The notes beneath the pieces were generated by a model. That model saw nothing but the letters and a program-made list of their open reading frames with translations. It did no database searches and had not been told where the DNA came from. A stretch of 64,000 nt of DNA, from NCBI GenBank assembly GCA_951406725.2, contig OX597834.1:22878001-22942000 (forward strand), given 5' to 3'. This DNA comes from Octopus vulgaris. Lineage: Eukaryota. Both the position numbers and the translations under genes were made by a program. Of the stretch, positions 25,428 to 38,559 are shown one piece after another (the first letter of the stretch is position 1; every line of letters begins with the position of its first letter).

Positions 25428-25772
25428 CTTCTACACTCACCTCCTTATGAGAGCTCAAAATCTCTTGTGGAAGCGTCATCCAACCAAAATGCAAATATAT
25501 GGGAAACTACCACCTGTGTCATCTCTTGTGAAAGGTAGGAGAGTCCAGTTTGCTGGACATTGTTGTAGAGCTGAAAACGAGGCAACTTCTACTCTTCTCT
25601 CTGGAAGCCATCTACTCGCAATACCAGAGGGCGCACACTCTCCTACCCTGATGTAATCTCTAGGGATACAGGCATCCAGCAACAGGACCTCCGTAATGCC
25701 ATGATGGACCGTGAAGTCTGGCGTAGCATGGTAAATTCCATTGTCTCGACCATGGTCGAACAATGATGATGA
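25428..25772 (+). mobile_element. RTE-clade LINE 3' end
   Basis: IYGKLPPVS..RRVQFAGHC..; AMMDREVWRSMV; (TGA)n tail. Confidence 0.85.
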
Positions 25773-25842
25773 AGGTTTGTAACAATTACTAAAAGTACTA
25801 AAAGAAAGCAATTATTTAAGGGTCGACTGACTGGGGATCTTT

Positions 25843-26185
25843 TCCCTTTGAACGGCAAATAGAGAAATTAATTTTTTGTAACTAAACACTTTCAAACTTC
25901 AGACACTGGTAGAATGTGTTGTATAAAACAGCTTTTACTCTTAGTGTTGTTGAGAAAAGTTTGTATAATCAAAGTTATTTCAACTATCGCTGGTGTAGTC
26001 ATATTTCGGTAATTTCAACCAATCAATGACATGTATTCAACCGAATAAAATTACTGCTGTTGTTTGTCAACAACTATCGCCAGTGTATATTTCGTTTGTC
26101 ACTGTTATTTATGACATCGTTCGTGCGTTTGTACTGGTTTTAGCTTTAGGGGGTTAGGGTTGGGATTTTATGGTTAGTTACAGAA
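25843..26185. repeat. Interspersed repeat with degenerate TTAGGG-like tract (probable non-autonomous DNA element)
   Basis: CCCTTTGAACGGCA start; ttagggggttagggttggg near 26147-26165; internal repeat caactatcgc. Confidence 0.4.
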
Positions 26186-26239
26186 AAATGAAGAAATTGG
26201 AGGTGGGGGGCAACTGTTTATGGTACAAAGCTTTCGCTT

Positions 26240-26464
26240 GTGGTAGATGCATCAGATAGAGCCATAGGCGCTGTGTTGCAACAGTTCCATCAAGAGCATA
26301 TGCAATCTTTGGCATTTTTCTCACGGCAACCCGCCAAGACCCACTATAGCACTTTTGAATGTGAATTATTGGAAATTTACCTGGCAGTAAAACACTTCCA
26401 TCATTACCTTGATGGGAGACAGTTTACCATCTACAGAAATGACATCCTAAAACCACCTTGGTAA
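26240..26464 (+). mobile_element. Gypsy RNase H fragment
   Basis: VDASDRAIGAVLQQ..LAFFSR..YSTFECELLEIYLAVKHFHHYLDGRQF. Confidence 0.85.
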
Positions 26465-27064
26465 TGCTTTTACATGTCGGCCCCTGCCCTACCTCCACTT
26501 TCTCTGCCTTGTCAAGCATTTCCCTCCATATCTCATCACTTCTCTATCTATGGTACTACTCATCTACTCTAAGCACATGAGGCACACACTGCGCTCTCAC
26601 CCTCACATACCTATCATAGTCCCCACTGACATTCCTGTTTCTCTCACCATCACTTGCTCCAGTCACCTCTAATCCACCACTCCTCACTTTTTTAAACCTT
26701 CCATACCCACTCACCCTGCTCAAACATCTATACAACTTCATTGTACATTGAAGGTATGTCCCAACACATCTCCACCATTCTCTCTATCTCTTACAACTGG
26801 AGTAGCCATATATCTCCTCAAAACCAACACAACTATCTTTATCCCTTCATTATACTTTAACTTCTTATCAACTGGCACAAAGCCAGCTACGCTCAACCTG
26901 TTGAAGACATACTAGTATGATAAACAGATATTGAAGGATGATGATGATTGTGGTGGTGTGGTGCATGTCTGTCCCTGTTGTCTTGACGTTGCACAATGGT
27001 TGTAAATGAGTGTCGTCCATTTGCAGTTTTCTGTGGAAACCTGGTCACACCAAGAGGAAATATT

Positions 27065-27245
27065 GATTTCAAATTTTGGCACAAGGCTAGCAACTCTGGG
27101 GAAGGGGTTAAGCCGATTACACTGACATCCATCTACCCCCAGCCCAGTGCTCAACTGCAATTTTTTTTATTGACCCAAAACAACAAAAGGCAAAGTTGAC
27201 ATTAGCGGAATTTGAACTCAGAACATAGAGACAAATAAAATGCCA
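27065..27245 (-). mobile_element. Degenerate Nin/Deu-domain SINE
   Basis: aaaggcaaagttgacattagcggaatttgaactcagaac matches the 5677-5901 family; more fragments at about 29160-29410. Confidence 0.65.
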
Positions 27246-27832
27246 CTTATGAAGGGAAAATATTACCTTGCTTGGAGACAGGGGTAGGTTGGCCACAAGA
27301 AGAGCCTTCAGCTGTAGAAAGTCCTCAATGTCCACCTGACCCATGCAAGTATGGAAAAGTGAATGTTAAAATGATGATGCTGTTGATTGGACAACATGGA
27401 CAGAGCCCCAAGGCAAACAGCCCTGGGGACAGAATATTTAGCAGTGTAAAACTTCAAAACAATGAAATAATATGAGTAGCCTGTGTGATTAAGAAAATCA
27501 CTTTGCTGTGTAGACCTGTCAAACCAAGTCAGACCATAATCGTGGTTGGTGTCAGGTCAGGTACTGGTGGCACGTAAAAAAACATCCACTACACTCTCAA
27601 AGTGGTTAGTGATACAAAAGGCATCCAGCCATAGAAACCTTGCCAAATCAGATCAGAACCTGGTGCAGCTCCCAGGCTTACTAGTTTTCTGTCAAACTGC
27701 CCCACCCATGCCAGCATGGCAAACAGATGTCAAATGACAAGAAAAACAAAAAAAAGTAATTTGATCAACAAACATTCAGTTGAACCAGTTATTAGGATTT
27801 TATTAGCATACAAGCTGAATTTTGATACAGAA

Positions 27833-28771
27833 TCACACATCATGATGAACACTGATATGTCTCTTTAGATGACTTTTCTCAGCAAATGATTTACCACACA
27901 CATCACAGTCATGTGGTTTCTCTCCTGTATGAATACGTCTATGCCTAGTCAAGTGACTACATCGAGAGAATGATTTACCACAGATATCACAGTCATATGG
28001 CTTCTCTCCTGTATGAACACGTTTATGTCTAGTTAAGGGATTAAGTTGAGAGAATGATTTACCACAGATATCACAGTCATATGGCTTCCCTCCTGTATGA
28101 ATACGTTTGTGTACAGTTAACTCACTACTTCGAAAGAAAGACTTACCACAGATATTACAGTCAAATGGCTTCTCTCCTGTATGAGTATGCATATGGTAAG
28201 TTAAGTTACTACTTACAGAGTATGATTTACCACAGATATCACAGTGATATGGCTTCTCCCCTGTATGAATACGTCTGTGTACAGTTAACGCACTACTTCG
28301 AAAGAATGATTTACCACAGATACGACAGTCATATGGCTTCTCTCCTGTATGAGTATGTTTATGGTAAGTTAAGTTACCACTTTGAGAGAATGATTTACCA
28401 CATATATCACAGTGATATGGCTTCTCTCCTGTATGAATACGTTTATGGTAAGTTAAGTTTCTATTTGTAGAGAAGGATTTACCACAGATATCACAGTGAT
28501 GTGGCTTATCTCCTATATGAATATGTTTGTGTGCAGTTAACTCACTTCTCTGAAAGAACGATTTGCCACACATATCACAGTCATATGGCATCTCTCCTGT
28601 ATGAATACGTTTGTGAGTTGTAAAGTTACATTTATAAGAGAATGACTTTTTACAGATATCACACTGATATAATATATTCCCCTTCTCTTTCTTAATATCA
28701 TTGGGGAAATTCATTCTTTGCCACTGTGTATTATGTTGAGCTTTTTTTTCACACATTTTGTTTTCCGTCAT
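27833..28771 (-). CDS. ZNF-D: C2H2 zinc-finger protein, 10 fingers
   Basis: 312-aa ORF; homologous splice acceptor TTTATTTCAG|AATATAGATG at 29051. Confidence 0.95.
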   Translation of the reverse strand: MTENKMCEKKAQHNTQWQRMNFPNDIKKEKGNILYQCDICKKSFSYKCNFTTHKRIHTGEMPYDCDMCGKSFFQRSELTAHKHIHIGDKPHHCDICGKSFSTNRNLTYHKRIHTGEKPYHCDICGKSFSQSGNLTYHKHTHTGEKPYDCRICGKSFFRSSALTVHRRIHTGEKPYHCDICGKSYSVSSNLTYHMHTHTGEKPFDCNICGKSFFRSSELTVHKRIHTGGKPYDCDICGKSFSQLNPLTRHKRVHTGEKPYDCDICGKSFSRCSHLTRHRRIHTGEKPHDCDVCGKSFAEKSHLKRHISVHHDV

Positions 28772-29800
28772 TCTTTATCACTCTCCACAATATGGAGATG
28801 TTTTTTCTTCTGCTATAGTTTTGTCAACTGTGATCTTGATTAATATTTGAAGATGCTGCAAACTCCTTTGTAATCCAATTTTAATTAGAATATAAATTCA
28901 TTTTGTACACATTCCAGACAGAAAATTCAGCTATTAATCTCTGTTTTTTGCTGGTAATCTTTTCTCCATTGAGTCTTTCTGTCCTCACAAGATGATAAAT
29001 ATTGATGGATCTCAGGCAAATAATTCTTTTATGGCAACATCATCTATATTCTGAAATAAAAGAACAAATATAAAATATAGAGGATATTTCTATAAAAAGT
29101 AGACATTTTGTTACATTTCTTTTATTTGTTTCGAATTTTTGGCATCTCTGGTAGCACTTCCCTTAATCAACCCAAAAAGGGTGAAAGACAAACCTGACTT
29201 CAATGAGATGTGTAAAGAGTGAGAAAAAATACTGTTAAGCATTTTATGTGATGGACTAAGGATTCTGACTACTCCCCACCTTAAGAATAATGAAAAATCC
29301 TTTCTAATATAGGCACAAGGCCTGGAAATCTGGGGATGGGGAGAGCTGATTATATTGACCCCAGTACTTAGCTGGTACTCATTATTATTATTGATCTCAA
29401 AAGGATGAAAATTTTAAGCACCCCTTGTAACCCTTCATAACATTTTCTGTACTTTTGAATTTTCAGAAAACCTTTATGAATTTGTGTTCTACACACAAGA
29501 GTTCATGTGATTATGGAAAAAAGGTTTATTTTAATTTAACCTTTTTAAATATTGGAAATCCTTTGAAATCCAAATTCGCAATGTTAAAAATATTGACACA
29601 TATGCACGGCATATTATGGATTCTGGATCAATGTACACCAGAATTTCGTTAATATAAAGATCTTCATATTAATCTATATAAATTCGCTATGTCTTGATGA
29701 CCTGATTGCGAGAAGTTACAGTTGTAATATACACTCGTAATAGCGTTCGACAATGAAGTTGATGCTACCAACAGTTCACAGTAAATTTGAAGTCTTTCCA

Positions 29801-29899
29801 ATTTTGATACTTTCACCCGCACGATTTTCACTAAGGAAACAATCTGAATGTTTTTTTTTTTGTCTTTAATGAAAATCGTGCGGGTGAAAGTCTCAAAAT
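29801..29899. repeat. Inverted repeat, about 30-bp arms
   Basis: ATTTTGATACTTTCACCCGCACGATTTTCA pairs with TGAAAATCGTGCGGGTGAAAGTCTCAAAAT. Confidence 0.8.
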
Positions 29900-31602
29900 T
29901 TCCCCATTTCACTAGCACGATATAAGACTGTTTAAATGGGATAAGGTGTTTTCGACAGCAAGGTGGACATCTGAACAAGGGAAATTAGGAAGTTATGTTT
30001 ATCTTAAGAATAAAGAAATTGCAGTACTTATCATAAGGAAGAAAAAACATGTTTTAAAAGGGGTCAATATAAAGATCCTCACCCGGGAACAAAAACAATT
30101 AACCAGCCTGGGGGGTGGGGGTTTAACAAGTATGTGGAAAACGAATATAAAAAATGCGCGCTGATGACCCTGGGTGTGAATGAGGAGGAGACTTTCGGAA
30201 AATTCGCAAGATCCGATTTTTCCATCATAACTTACGGTAAAATGGATATATATATATATATATATATATATCGATCTTCTTTACGGAATCCCACGTTTTT
30301 GGTTATGGAGGATCCGATTCTGTAAAAAAATAATTTTCAAAAATTCACCCCCACCTTGCCAAAAATCAAGTTCTTACAACTGCCGTAAATCCGATGCCAA
30401 GATACTTTCCTAAGGGAAAAGAAAATTTTCACGAAGGTCAGATTCGATGTAGGGACAGTAAAATCGACCAAAGAAAAAGCCTAAGACATTTATAAACAAA
30501 AGACGGTAAATTTTCAGGGAAAATTTACCCAAAAGACAACTGACATGACCATGACGTCATGCTGCTAGAGTCTTATAACAGCTACACAAGTTTTTCAACT
30601 CACTTATATTACATATAATAGACTACCGTATAGCAGTTGTTGTTGGTTGTTCCAGTACGTATTGTTAGATGGAAAAACAGGTAGTATTGAATTACTGTAG
30701 AACCTTTACAGCGTTCACCTTTTGTGGTGGAAGCATATGATTTGATCCAAAATACGTGTTACGTACAAAGTTTTCATTCTTGCTTTTACACTGAGGAGTA
30801 ACATATAAAACTCGTATTAACAGTATGTATGCGATAATAAGATATTTTCATATACAAACCCATAGATTTTATGTTGATGTAGACATGTTTTTCATTAAAA
30901 TGCCAGCAGCAAATATGGAAGATGGTTCGTTGTGCAGTTGCAAAGAGGGTGTTTCTTAACCAGGGCTCTGTAGCTGACTGCGATCGTGGCGTGTTTGTAG
31001 CTCAGAACGAGGCTAGCTACATCACCGATGTATTCGTCTGCTGTACAGGATAGCCGTAGTACCTCTGGTCAGATATTACTATCGCCAAGTTATGTGGTTA
31101 TGCTACGACCGTATAGGAATTAAGACAACATCGTTACTTTAGGAAAATTTCTTCTTTATTTCACTTTCTTCCCTTTATCTTTGAACATATCCATACAAAC
31201 AATAGAATAATTTAGCTAGTCTTAACAATAAACTCTCACTCTCTGCTTTCAGCATAAGTCTTTAAATACATTCTGGTTTCTTTTATCTTCTAAAAAGAGG
31301 TAAATGTGAGATTTCATGGTCCCTATTTTTGTTCACATCACTAAAAAATAGTATCGGAACATCTAATGTTTCAGTAATCCTCCCCTGAAAATAAATCAAC
31401 CGTTAACATCAATATTAAATTAAATTACGATGTCATTTCTATATGGAAACCTTTCTATGTAACGTGGTGAAGATATTTACTTTCAATTATATTTTCATGA
31501 GTTTTCATTTTTTTCAATAAAACCTGTTCTTTTTTTAGGATGACGTTGTAATATAGTCTAAACATTATACTTCAGCGATTAAAAAAAGAGTAATGTGTAA
31601 TA

Positions 31603-31785
31603 ATGGTGGAAACGTTAGCACACCGGGCGAAATTCTTAGCGTTATTTCGTTTGTCTTTATATTCTCAGTTCAAATTCCGCCGAAGTCAACTTAACCTTTT
31701 GGGGTCGATAAATTAAGTACCAATTGCGCACTGGAGTCCATCTAATCGACTGCCTCCCCCCTCTCCCAAAATTTCGGGCCTTTTT
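31603..31785 (+). mobile_element. Nin/Deu-domain tRNA-SINE
   Basis: aaacgttagcacaccgggcgaaat...gttcaaattccgccga...ggggtcgataaattaagtacc. Confidence 0.8.
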
Positions 31786-32887
31786 ATGCACTTACATTTC
31801 AAGTTTCGCTCCAGTTATTTTAACCAAGTCTATTTTTTACATATCCCCAATTATTCTCAGTCCATTGTTCAGGGATTCCACTGACTCTGAGAGTCCAATG
31901 ACTGTGTAGTAGTGTAGTTGGTTGTTGTTACGTGAAATTGCTGAATAAACATTACAACACTACATAAATCCAATTAAAATGCATTTATTCCTTCAAAATG
32001 TTTCTTATAAAATGTATAGTAGTCAGTCAGAGTGAAAGAATGAGATGGAGAAAGAGCATGTGTGGACAAATCTACGTTTGCAAAAGTATTCAAAATAATA
32101 TGGAAAAAATGCAGTACGTTAGCAGGTGAAGATGGCCTCAGTTTATGACTTCCTACATTGGTTGACAAAGACATTTCTAGGTTGAAAGTGATTGGTAGAG
32201 GAAAGCAGACAAATTATCGCGACAGAGAGAACTAATTGTCGAGCTCGACAGCAACTGTTGGAGAAACATCATCTAGCAGTAATTCTTGATGGTAAAGGAA
32301 AGCTATATGTACTCAGTGACAAAGACGAGGTGTGTGTTAGGGCATTTAATCGATCACTGTTTGTGTAACATAGAGGCGACATGACTTCGTTCATCCCGTG
32401 TCGTACTTTGTGTGCTAAGTCTACAACTTACTTTGACTCCATTTCAAACCATTCAGTTCTTTCATGCCTCAACCCCAACACCATTTATTGCCCTATCAAC
32501 ACTCTGCAGAAACCACGTTTTTCTTGAGTACCTAGATTTTTTTGTCACCAGAGATAAAAGAGTCGATACTCTTAGACACACCCACACACATAAGTCTGTC
32601 TCCAGTTTATTTCTTCATAGGGAATTAAGATGGCATTGCTTTCAGTATTGACCAGTTCTATACTACATACACACACACGTTTGTAATTACCTACATGTTT
32701 TCACATACCACTAAACGGAAGGAAATAATCTATCCCTCTTTAGTGACATCATATCTTATGTATATACATGTGTACACACTTACCTAAATACTCACATACA
32801 TACATGCGTATAGGCATGCACACATACATACATACGTACCTATATATCATGAACTAACTTACTTTCTCAGATGCAGCACGGAATTTT

Positions 32888-32932
32888 GTCAGTGAACAGG
32901 TCACGGTCTCAAAGTGATGAAAATATTTTGAC
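32888..32932 (+). ncRNA. Minimal type I hammerhead-like motif, G3-C8 variant
   Basis: GTCA-GTGAACA-G-GTCAC(9 nt)GTGAT-GAAA-ATAT-TT-TGAC within a repeat-like block of about 200 bp (32870-33065). Confidence 0.55.
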
Positions 32933-34179
32933 TTAAATGTTGAAGTGAATCTAACGGTTTTTGTGTTTTTCTTAAATGGCTTATAAACACCTTGCACGCT
33001 GCAATTGTTTTCGTTCCAGCACACAATCTCAGATCAGATAACTTGCTATGCAAGTACATCTCCTTAATACCATCATACTGTAATTTCTAAAACTTCCCCT
33101 AAAGTTATTACTCTCTTTTCTTTTGGTGGAGGTTCTTTTGCCCTGTGAGTTACAAGATGACCTCATTAGGGCTGGATCCATGAAAAAATGCCCTAAGTAC
33201 ATTGTAAAGTGTTTGGTGGATTGAGCAAAGACAAAGTCAGGTTTGAGGGGACTTAAGAATTTGTTGAGAGCAAAACATCCTCTTGAGTGCTGGTGCCATG
33301 AAAAAAAATGCACTCAGTACACTGTTAAGTGGTTAGTATTAGGAAGGTAATCCAATATAGAAACCGAATTGAAATTGAGACAAAGGAACATGCAATGGTC
33401 CACTAATCTATCAAATCTAGTCTCACTTGTACATATCCCAAGTTGTTGTCCTTGGTTTATGTAGCCATTAATGTGTAAACAAAGGTTAGCATTGATATTC
33501 TGGTGGTAATGTAAACAATGCTAGGACTTGTATATTACACATGAAAGTTATGGACATTTTGATTGCAGAGTTTGATGGCACTGAGATTCCATTGAATATG
33601 ATATTGAATGGTATCAAGCAGTATATCCATGTTATTGCATCATATTTAGATGAACAAAGTGAGCAACAGGGGTGTATGGCATGATGTGACCATTATGCTG
33701 CAGAGCTGCTTTCAAGCTTGTGATGAATCAAATCAAAGAGGCTCTAGAAGAATGAGACAACTCTGTGAACACTGATGTCATTGTAATAGCAGAGTGAACC
33801 ATCTGCTGCAAAGCATGTTGCCAAATTAAATTTTCTATTTTGGATAATGACTCACTTGTACACTTTGGTCAAGTCAGTTACCTTCTTTCAAGTGAGAAGC
33901 TCTGCCAACATAAAATGCTCAACAATAAATAACCTAGGCTCCATATTTTCTTCAAATATGTAATTGAGGACCATTAAAAAACCTCCACTAATTGTACATT
34001 CATTAACCTCCATTTCCTCATATTTAAAAGTTAATCCATCACATGAGGGTAAGGAAATGAGCATTGGGGCCATCATGTCACCTTGGTCAACATGCAGAAT
34101 ATACATTTAAACAGACACATTCAATTATGTTAAAATTACACAATTAGCAGACACTATGATGATTTTCCCACCACAAGGT

Positions 34180-34680
34180 CCAGTCTTTGATGTGGTGTGA
34201 AGGCTTCTGTGCCTCAGTGACACAGAGAGCTATACCAGCAGAGCATAAGCTTCTGGCATGGCCTCATGCTGAACAGGTCAATGGAAAACAGATAGAATAA
34301 TAACGGACACACTCTTCCCAGAGATAAAAATGTGTTTGATTAGGGCCAACATCTCTACCTTGAAAAATGTAAAATTACAAAAACATCAATGACAATTCAA
34401 AACACCATAATCTGGAACAGGAAGGCTTTTCCTCGCGACAACATATGAAATGGTGCAGCAAAACCTGAAAGGATGGCTAAGCCATACCTTAAGGCCACTA
34501 ACATCTTGCATTACATATCAGGCCCTGACCTACAACCAACAAAGGAGATGGGATACTGAGATATACCTGAAAAAATAGAGATCTAACTGGATAGAAGCAG
34601 AAAAGACAGCCCAGAACTGAGAATAGTGGAGAAAAATGAGATGGCCTATGCTCCTTAGGGAGAGAAGTAGATATGATACT
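34180..34680 (+). mobile_element. Internally deleted RTE element (5' UTR joined to 3' end)
   Basis: gtggtgtgaaggcttctgtgcctcagtgacacagagagctataccagc...gaacaggtc resembles RTE 5' UTRs; 3' part gives ALTYNQ, WIEAEKTAQN and GLCS. Confidence 0.5.
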
Positions 34681-35774
34681 GATTACCTTTCTTGTCCTTA
34701 TAATCAGTCATGTAGTCTCTATTTGAACAGGCAGAATAGATTCAATGTGGTGGCCACTAACAAAATCAAATCTGGAATATTTCATAAGATCTGTTGCAAC
34801 AGTTCACTAGTGTGCCTTAGTACCACAAACACAAAAGAAAATGTCAAGATGACTTTTATAATTACAAGACATTATTAAAATAGCAATAGTATGAGCAAAA
34901 AATATTTCAATTATAATCATTAAAAAATGAATTTTGTCACAAAAATCATACATGCTACTGTGAAAATGAAGGTTTTGAAATCAGCATCAGAAATACTTTT
35001 TGGTCCATAACAAAAATATCTGTGATAGAAATACCTTGTTGATGATCATTACTTTTTTTTTTTTGTAGGATTATACAATAGAACGAATATGTTTTTACAA
35101 AGTTGATACCAAGACATATTAATAAGTTTTTATTTTATTATCTAAAACATGAAACATTCAGAAAAATACGTAACATTTTTCACAGGATATAGAATAGATA
35201 CATGAATGAATATAGAGAAGATAATGTACAAACACCAAAAATACTGTCAGGTTCACCAAAAAGCTATCCGACAGAAATTGTTGAAGTCATTACTCTTGTT
35301 AATTTGCTGAAGTATATACATGAAAGAATATATAGAAAACAAAGACTATAAATAAGACATCATACTTATATTCCAAAGGGGGTATGAAATAGTTTCTTCT
35401 TGCCAGATGGATCCTTATTTTTTCATAACCAGCCTTTGAAGATTTCAGGTTAGGATGATTTGGGTTTTCTTAAGGTGTGGCCTATCCATCCATCCAGATT
35501 TTGCTGCACCACATTCAAACATAATACCTGTACAGAGTGGCTACTGAAGATGTATAATACACTTCTCAGTTATTTACCCACAGTGTCCAATAAATCTACT
35601 GTTGCTTACCCCAGGAAATATTTTAAGCTACAAAATACAGAAGTATATTCTGAAATTACTTTTACTAAAAATATCAAACTGAATTCAGTCATGAAAGATA
35701 GTCGTGTCTACCTTCTTCTGTGAATACATGTATGAGTAGGTATTTCTTCATTGCATATCTTCATACACTGACAG

Positions 35775-36962
35775 TTATTCTTCTGAATGAATACAAACGT
35801 GCATCATTAAGCTGCGTTTCTGAGAAAATGATGTCCCACAGACATCACAGTGATATGGTTTCTTTCCTGTGTGAATGTGTTTGTGTGCAGTTAAGCTATT
35901 TCTTGTAGTATATGATTTACCACAGATATCGCAACAGTATGGCTTCTCCCCTGTATGACTGCGTTTGTGTTTAGTTAAGTTAGTTGATGTCGTGAATGAT
36001 TTACCACAGATATCACAGTGATATGGCTTCTCACCAGTATGAATTCGTTTGTGAGCTGATAATGCTTCTCTACGAGAAAATGACTTGTCACAGATATCAC
36101 ATGAATAAGGCTTGTCTCCTGTGTGAATGCGTATGTGAGCAGTTAATTCAGGACTTGTAGAGAATGATTTACCACAGATATCACAGGCATGTGGCTTCAT
36201 TCCTGTGTGAGTGCATTTGTGAGCTGTTAAATGTCCACCTCGAGAGAATGATTTACCACAGACATCACAAAGATATCGTTTTTCTCCTGTATGAACACGT
36301 TTATGACTACTCAAGTTACGTGGGTCAGACAATGATTTACCACAGATATCACAATGATATGGCTTTTCTCCTGTATGAATGCGTTTGTGTATTGTTAACT
36401 GACTATTTGCAGAGAAAGATTTACCACAAATATCACAGTGATATGGTTGCTCTCCTGTATGAAAATATTTGTGAGATGTTAAATGACTACTAATAGAGTA
36501 TGATTTACCACAAATATCACACTGAAATGGCTTCTCCCCTGTATGAAATCGTTTGTGTACTGTTAATTTACTCTTTGAAGACATAGATTTACCACAGATA
36601 TCACAATGACAAGGTTGTCCTCCTGTGTGAATGTATTTATGTACAGTCAACTGATGACTTCGAGCAAATGATTTGCCACAGACATCACAGTCATAAGGCT
36701 TCTCTCCTGTATGAGTGCGTATGTGAATAGTTAAGTAAGTACTTCGATAAAAAGCTTTACCACAGATATTACACTGATATGGCTTCACTCCTGTATGAAT
36801 ACGTTTGTGAGCAGTTAAAGATTTCTTTAGAGAAAATGATTTACCACAGATGTCACAGTGGTTTGAAGTTTTTCTCATCTCTTTCGACATCGCGTCAGAA
36901 ATATCAATGCTTTCAATCGCTGTCTTGATCGTAATTGGTGTCTCACTTAATGTATTTTCCAT
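35775..36962 (-). CDS. ZNF-E: C2H2 zinc-finger protein, 13 fingers
   Basis: 395-aa intact ORF, MENTL start, ends HSEE. Confidence 0.95.
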   Translation of the reverse strand: MENTLSETPITIKTAIESIDISDAMSKEMRKTSNHCDICGKSFSLKKSLTAHKRIHTGVKPYQCNICGKAFYRSTYLTIHIRTHTGEKPYDCDVCGKSFARSHQLTVHKYIHTGGQPCHCDICGKSMSSKSKLTVHKRFHTGEKPFQCDICGKSYSISSHLTSHKYFHTGEQPYHCDICGKSFSANSQLTIHKRIHTGEKPYHCDICGKSLSDPRNLSSHKRVHTGEKRYLCDVCGKSFSRGGHLTAHKCTHTGMKPHACDICGKSFSTSPELTAHIRIHTGDKPYSCDICDKSFSRREALSAHKRIHTGEKPYHCDICGKSFTTSTNLTKHKRSHTGEKPYCCDICGKSYTTRNSLTAHKHIHTGKKPYHCDVCGTSFSQKRSLMMHVCIHSEE

Positions 36963-37334
36963 AATGGTTCCGCTCTCACCAATTCATATATTTTATCCTT
37001 ATTTTCTTTGAACAAATCTCTTTCAACTTCACTCTTTCATGATATCTGAAGATGGTATCTTAAACTACTCAATGGTGGATGACAAGTAGAAACGACCTTT
37101 AAATGTGAAAATTCAATAAAAGAAAATACCTCATATGAATGAAAACTATGATTAGTAAGTTAAAGACGGTGGTCGTGTTGCTGAACAGAAAATTACTTCC
37201 ACTGCGTGTGTCTGTATATGTATATATATACATACAGAATGAGAGAGAGAGAGAGAAAGAGGCTGGAGATAAATATATTAAAACATAGGATATATTATTA
37301 TTACTTCGTGTTCAAACACTTTGTTTAGAGTCTG

Positions 37335-37375
37335 AATTCAACTTCCGGTTAAACATGCGCATTGGTGAATATTGG
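37335..37375 (-). promoter_or_regulatory. ZNF-E promoter module (CCAAT/NRF1/ETS)
   Basis: Gene-sense CCAATATTCACCAATGCGCATGTTTAACCGGAAGTTGAATT. Confidence 0.75.
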
Positions 37376-38559
37376 TGAAATGAGTGCAGTGTTTATAGAT
37401 AAAGGTGCACAGAGATGCTACTTATACTTGAAGTCATTGATATAGGCTTTTGCACGTTGTGAGACTGTTAAAGAAGCTAACTTTCACCATCGTGCACAAA
37501 GTGAAATGCTTTACAGGAATCAACATAAGCTACAAGCAGTCCCTGCCAATAACTGCACCTGTGTTCATTGAGAACACAGAGACTGAGGATCTTGTCAGTA
37601 GTTGACCCCATTTCCTGTGAACCCCAAGCGCTCCAGTTGTTGAGATGCATGTAGATGATTTGGCACTCTGTTTAAAATGACTCTAGCAAAGATTTTACTA
37701 ACACTGAGAAGAGCGTAACAGTTCCGTAGCTGTTACAGTAGTGGTAGTCACATTTAAATTCCCAGATAGGGATAATTATGCGCCCCCTCTTCCAATCAGG
37801 TGGTATGATACCATTACTCCAAATTAAGATAATCTGTCACAAGAACAAAACTGCAGAAGGCCCACCTTTCCTGATGATCTCATGGATGCTACAAACTCCA
37901 GGTACCTTCCTGCTCCTCAGCTGATTTACCACCATATGAACCTTATCTATGGATGACAGATCACAGCTGACTGGTAGGTTTAGGTGAATCCACTTAATGC
38001 AAGTGAGTCAGGTGTGAAGCTTGACCTCCTCAGTTTCATTGAACCAGCTTTTCCATGTCAAACTTCAGTGCTCTGAATTCTCCCCATCTCAGCCCCAGAA
38101 GCAAATCACCTGGGAGCCCACTTAGCCTTGCGTTGCAGCTGTACTCCATCAATAAGGTCTTTCTGGAGAGGAAATGTTTCCTGGCCGTTTTTGGAATCCA
38201 ATACACTCCCTAGCAGTTGACTGCTAGGTCTCCCTATATGTTTCCCACAAGTCCGACCAAGGGACCGGCTTCAAGCTGCTGTAAATCAGTCTTGCTTACA
38301 CCGTTGTCTTTGTGTTTGTTGACATTCAATCCGAGACTGGCTGCCTCTAAGACTTCAGTCCTTTTCTCAACTCAGCCACAACAAACCTATGGTTAGTGCA
38401 TATGAAGCTAGCATTCTAAAAAATCCTGCAGCTCTGTAGGACCCTCTTCTGCCCATCTACAAGCACATAGTTCATTTCCTTTGCCACATGATAAATATTT
38501 GAATAGTAAGTCTACCAATGCAGCTCAGGATATTGGTTAGCTGGAGCCAGCAATGCAAA

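Noticed and set aside
26140-26180. Interstitial telomere
   Set aside because: Only two or three degenerate TTAGGG units inside an interspersed repeat.
28054-28470. Antisense ORFs with repeated [18 protein letters not shown] motifs (also at 9828, 36164, 41378, 46983, 51896)
   Set aside because: They are shadows of the 84-bp finger repeat on the opposite strand, with no independent gene signals.
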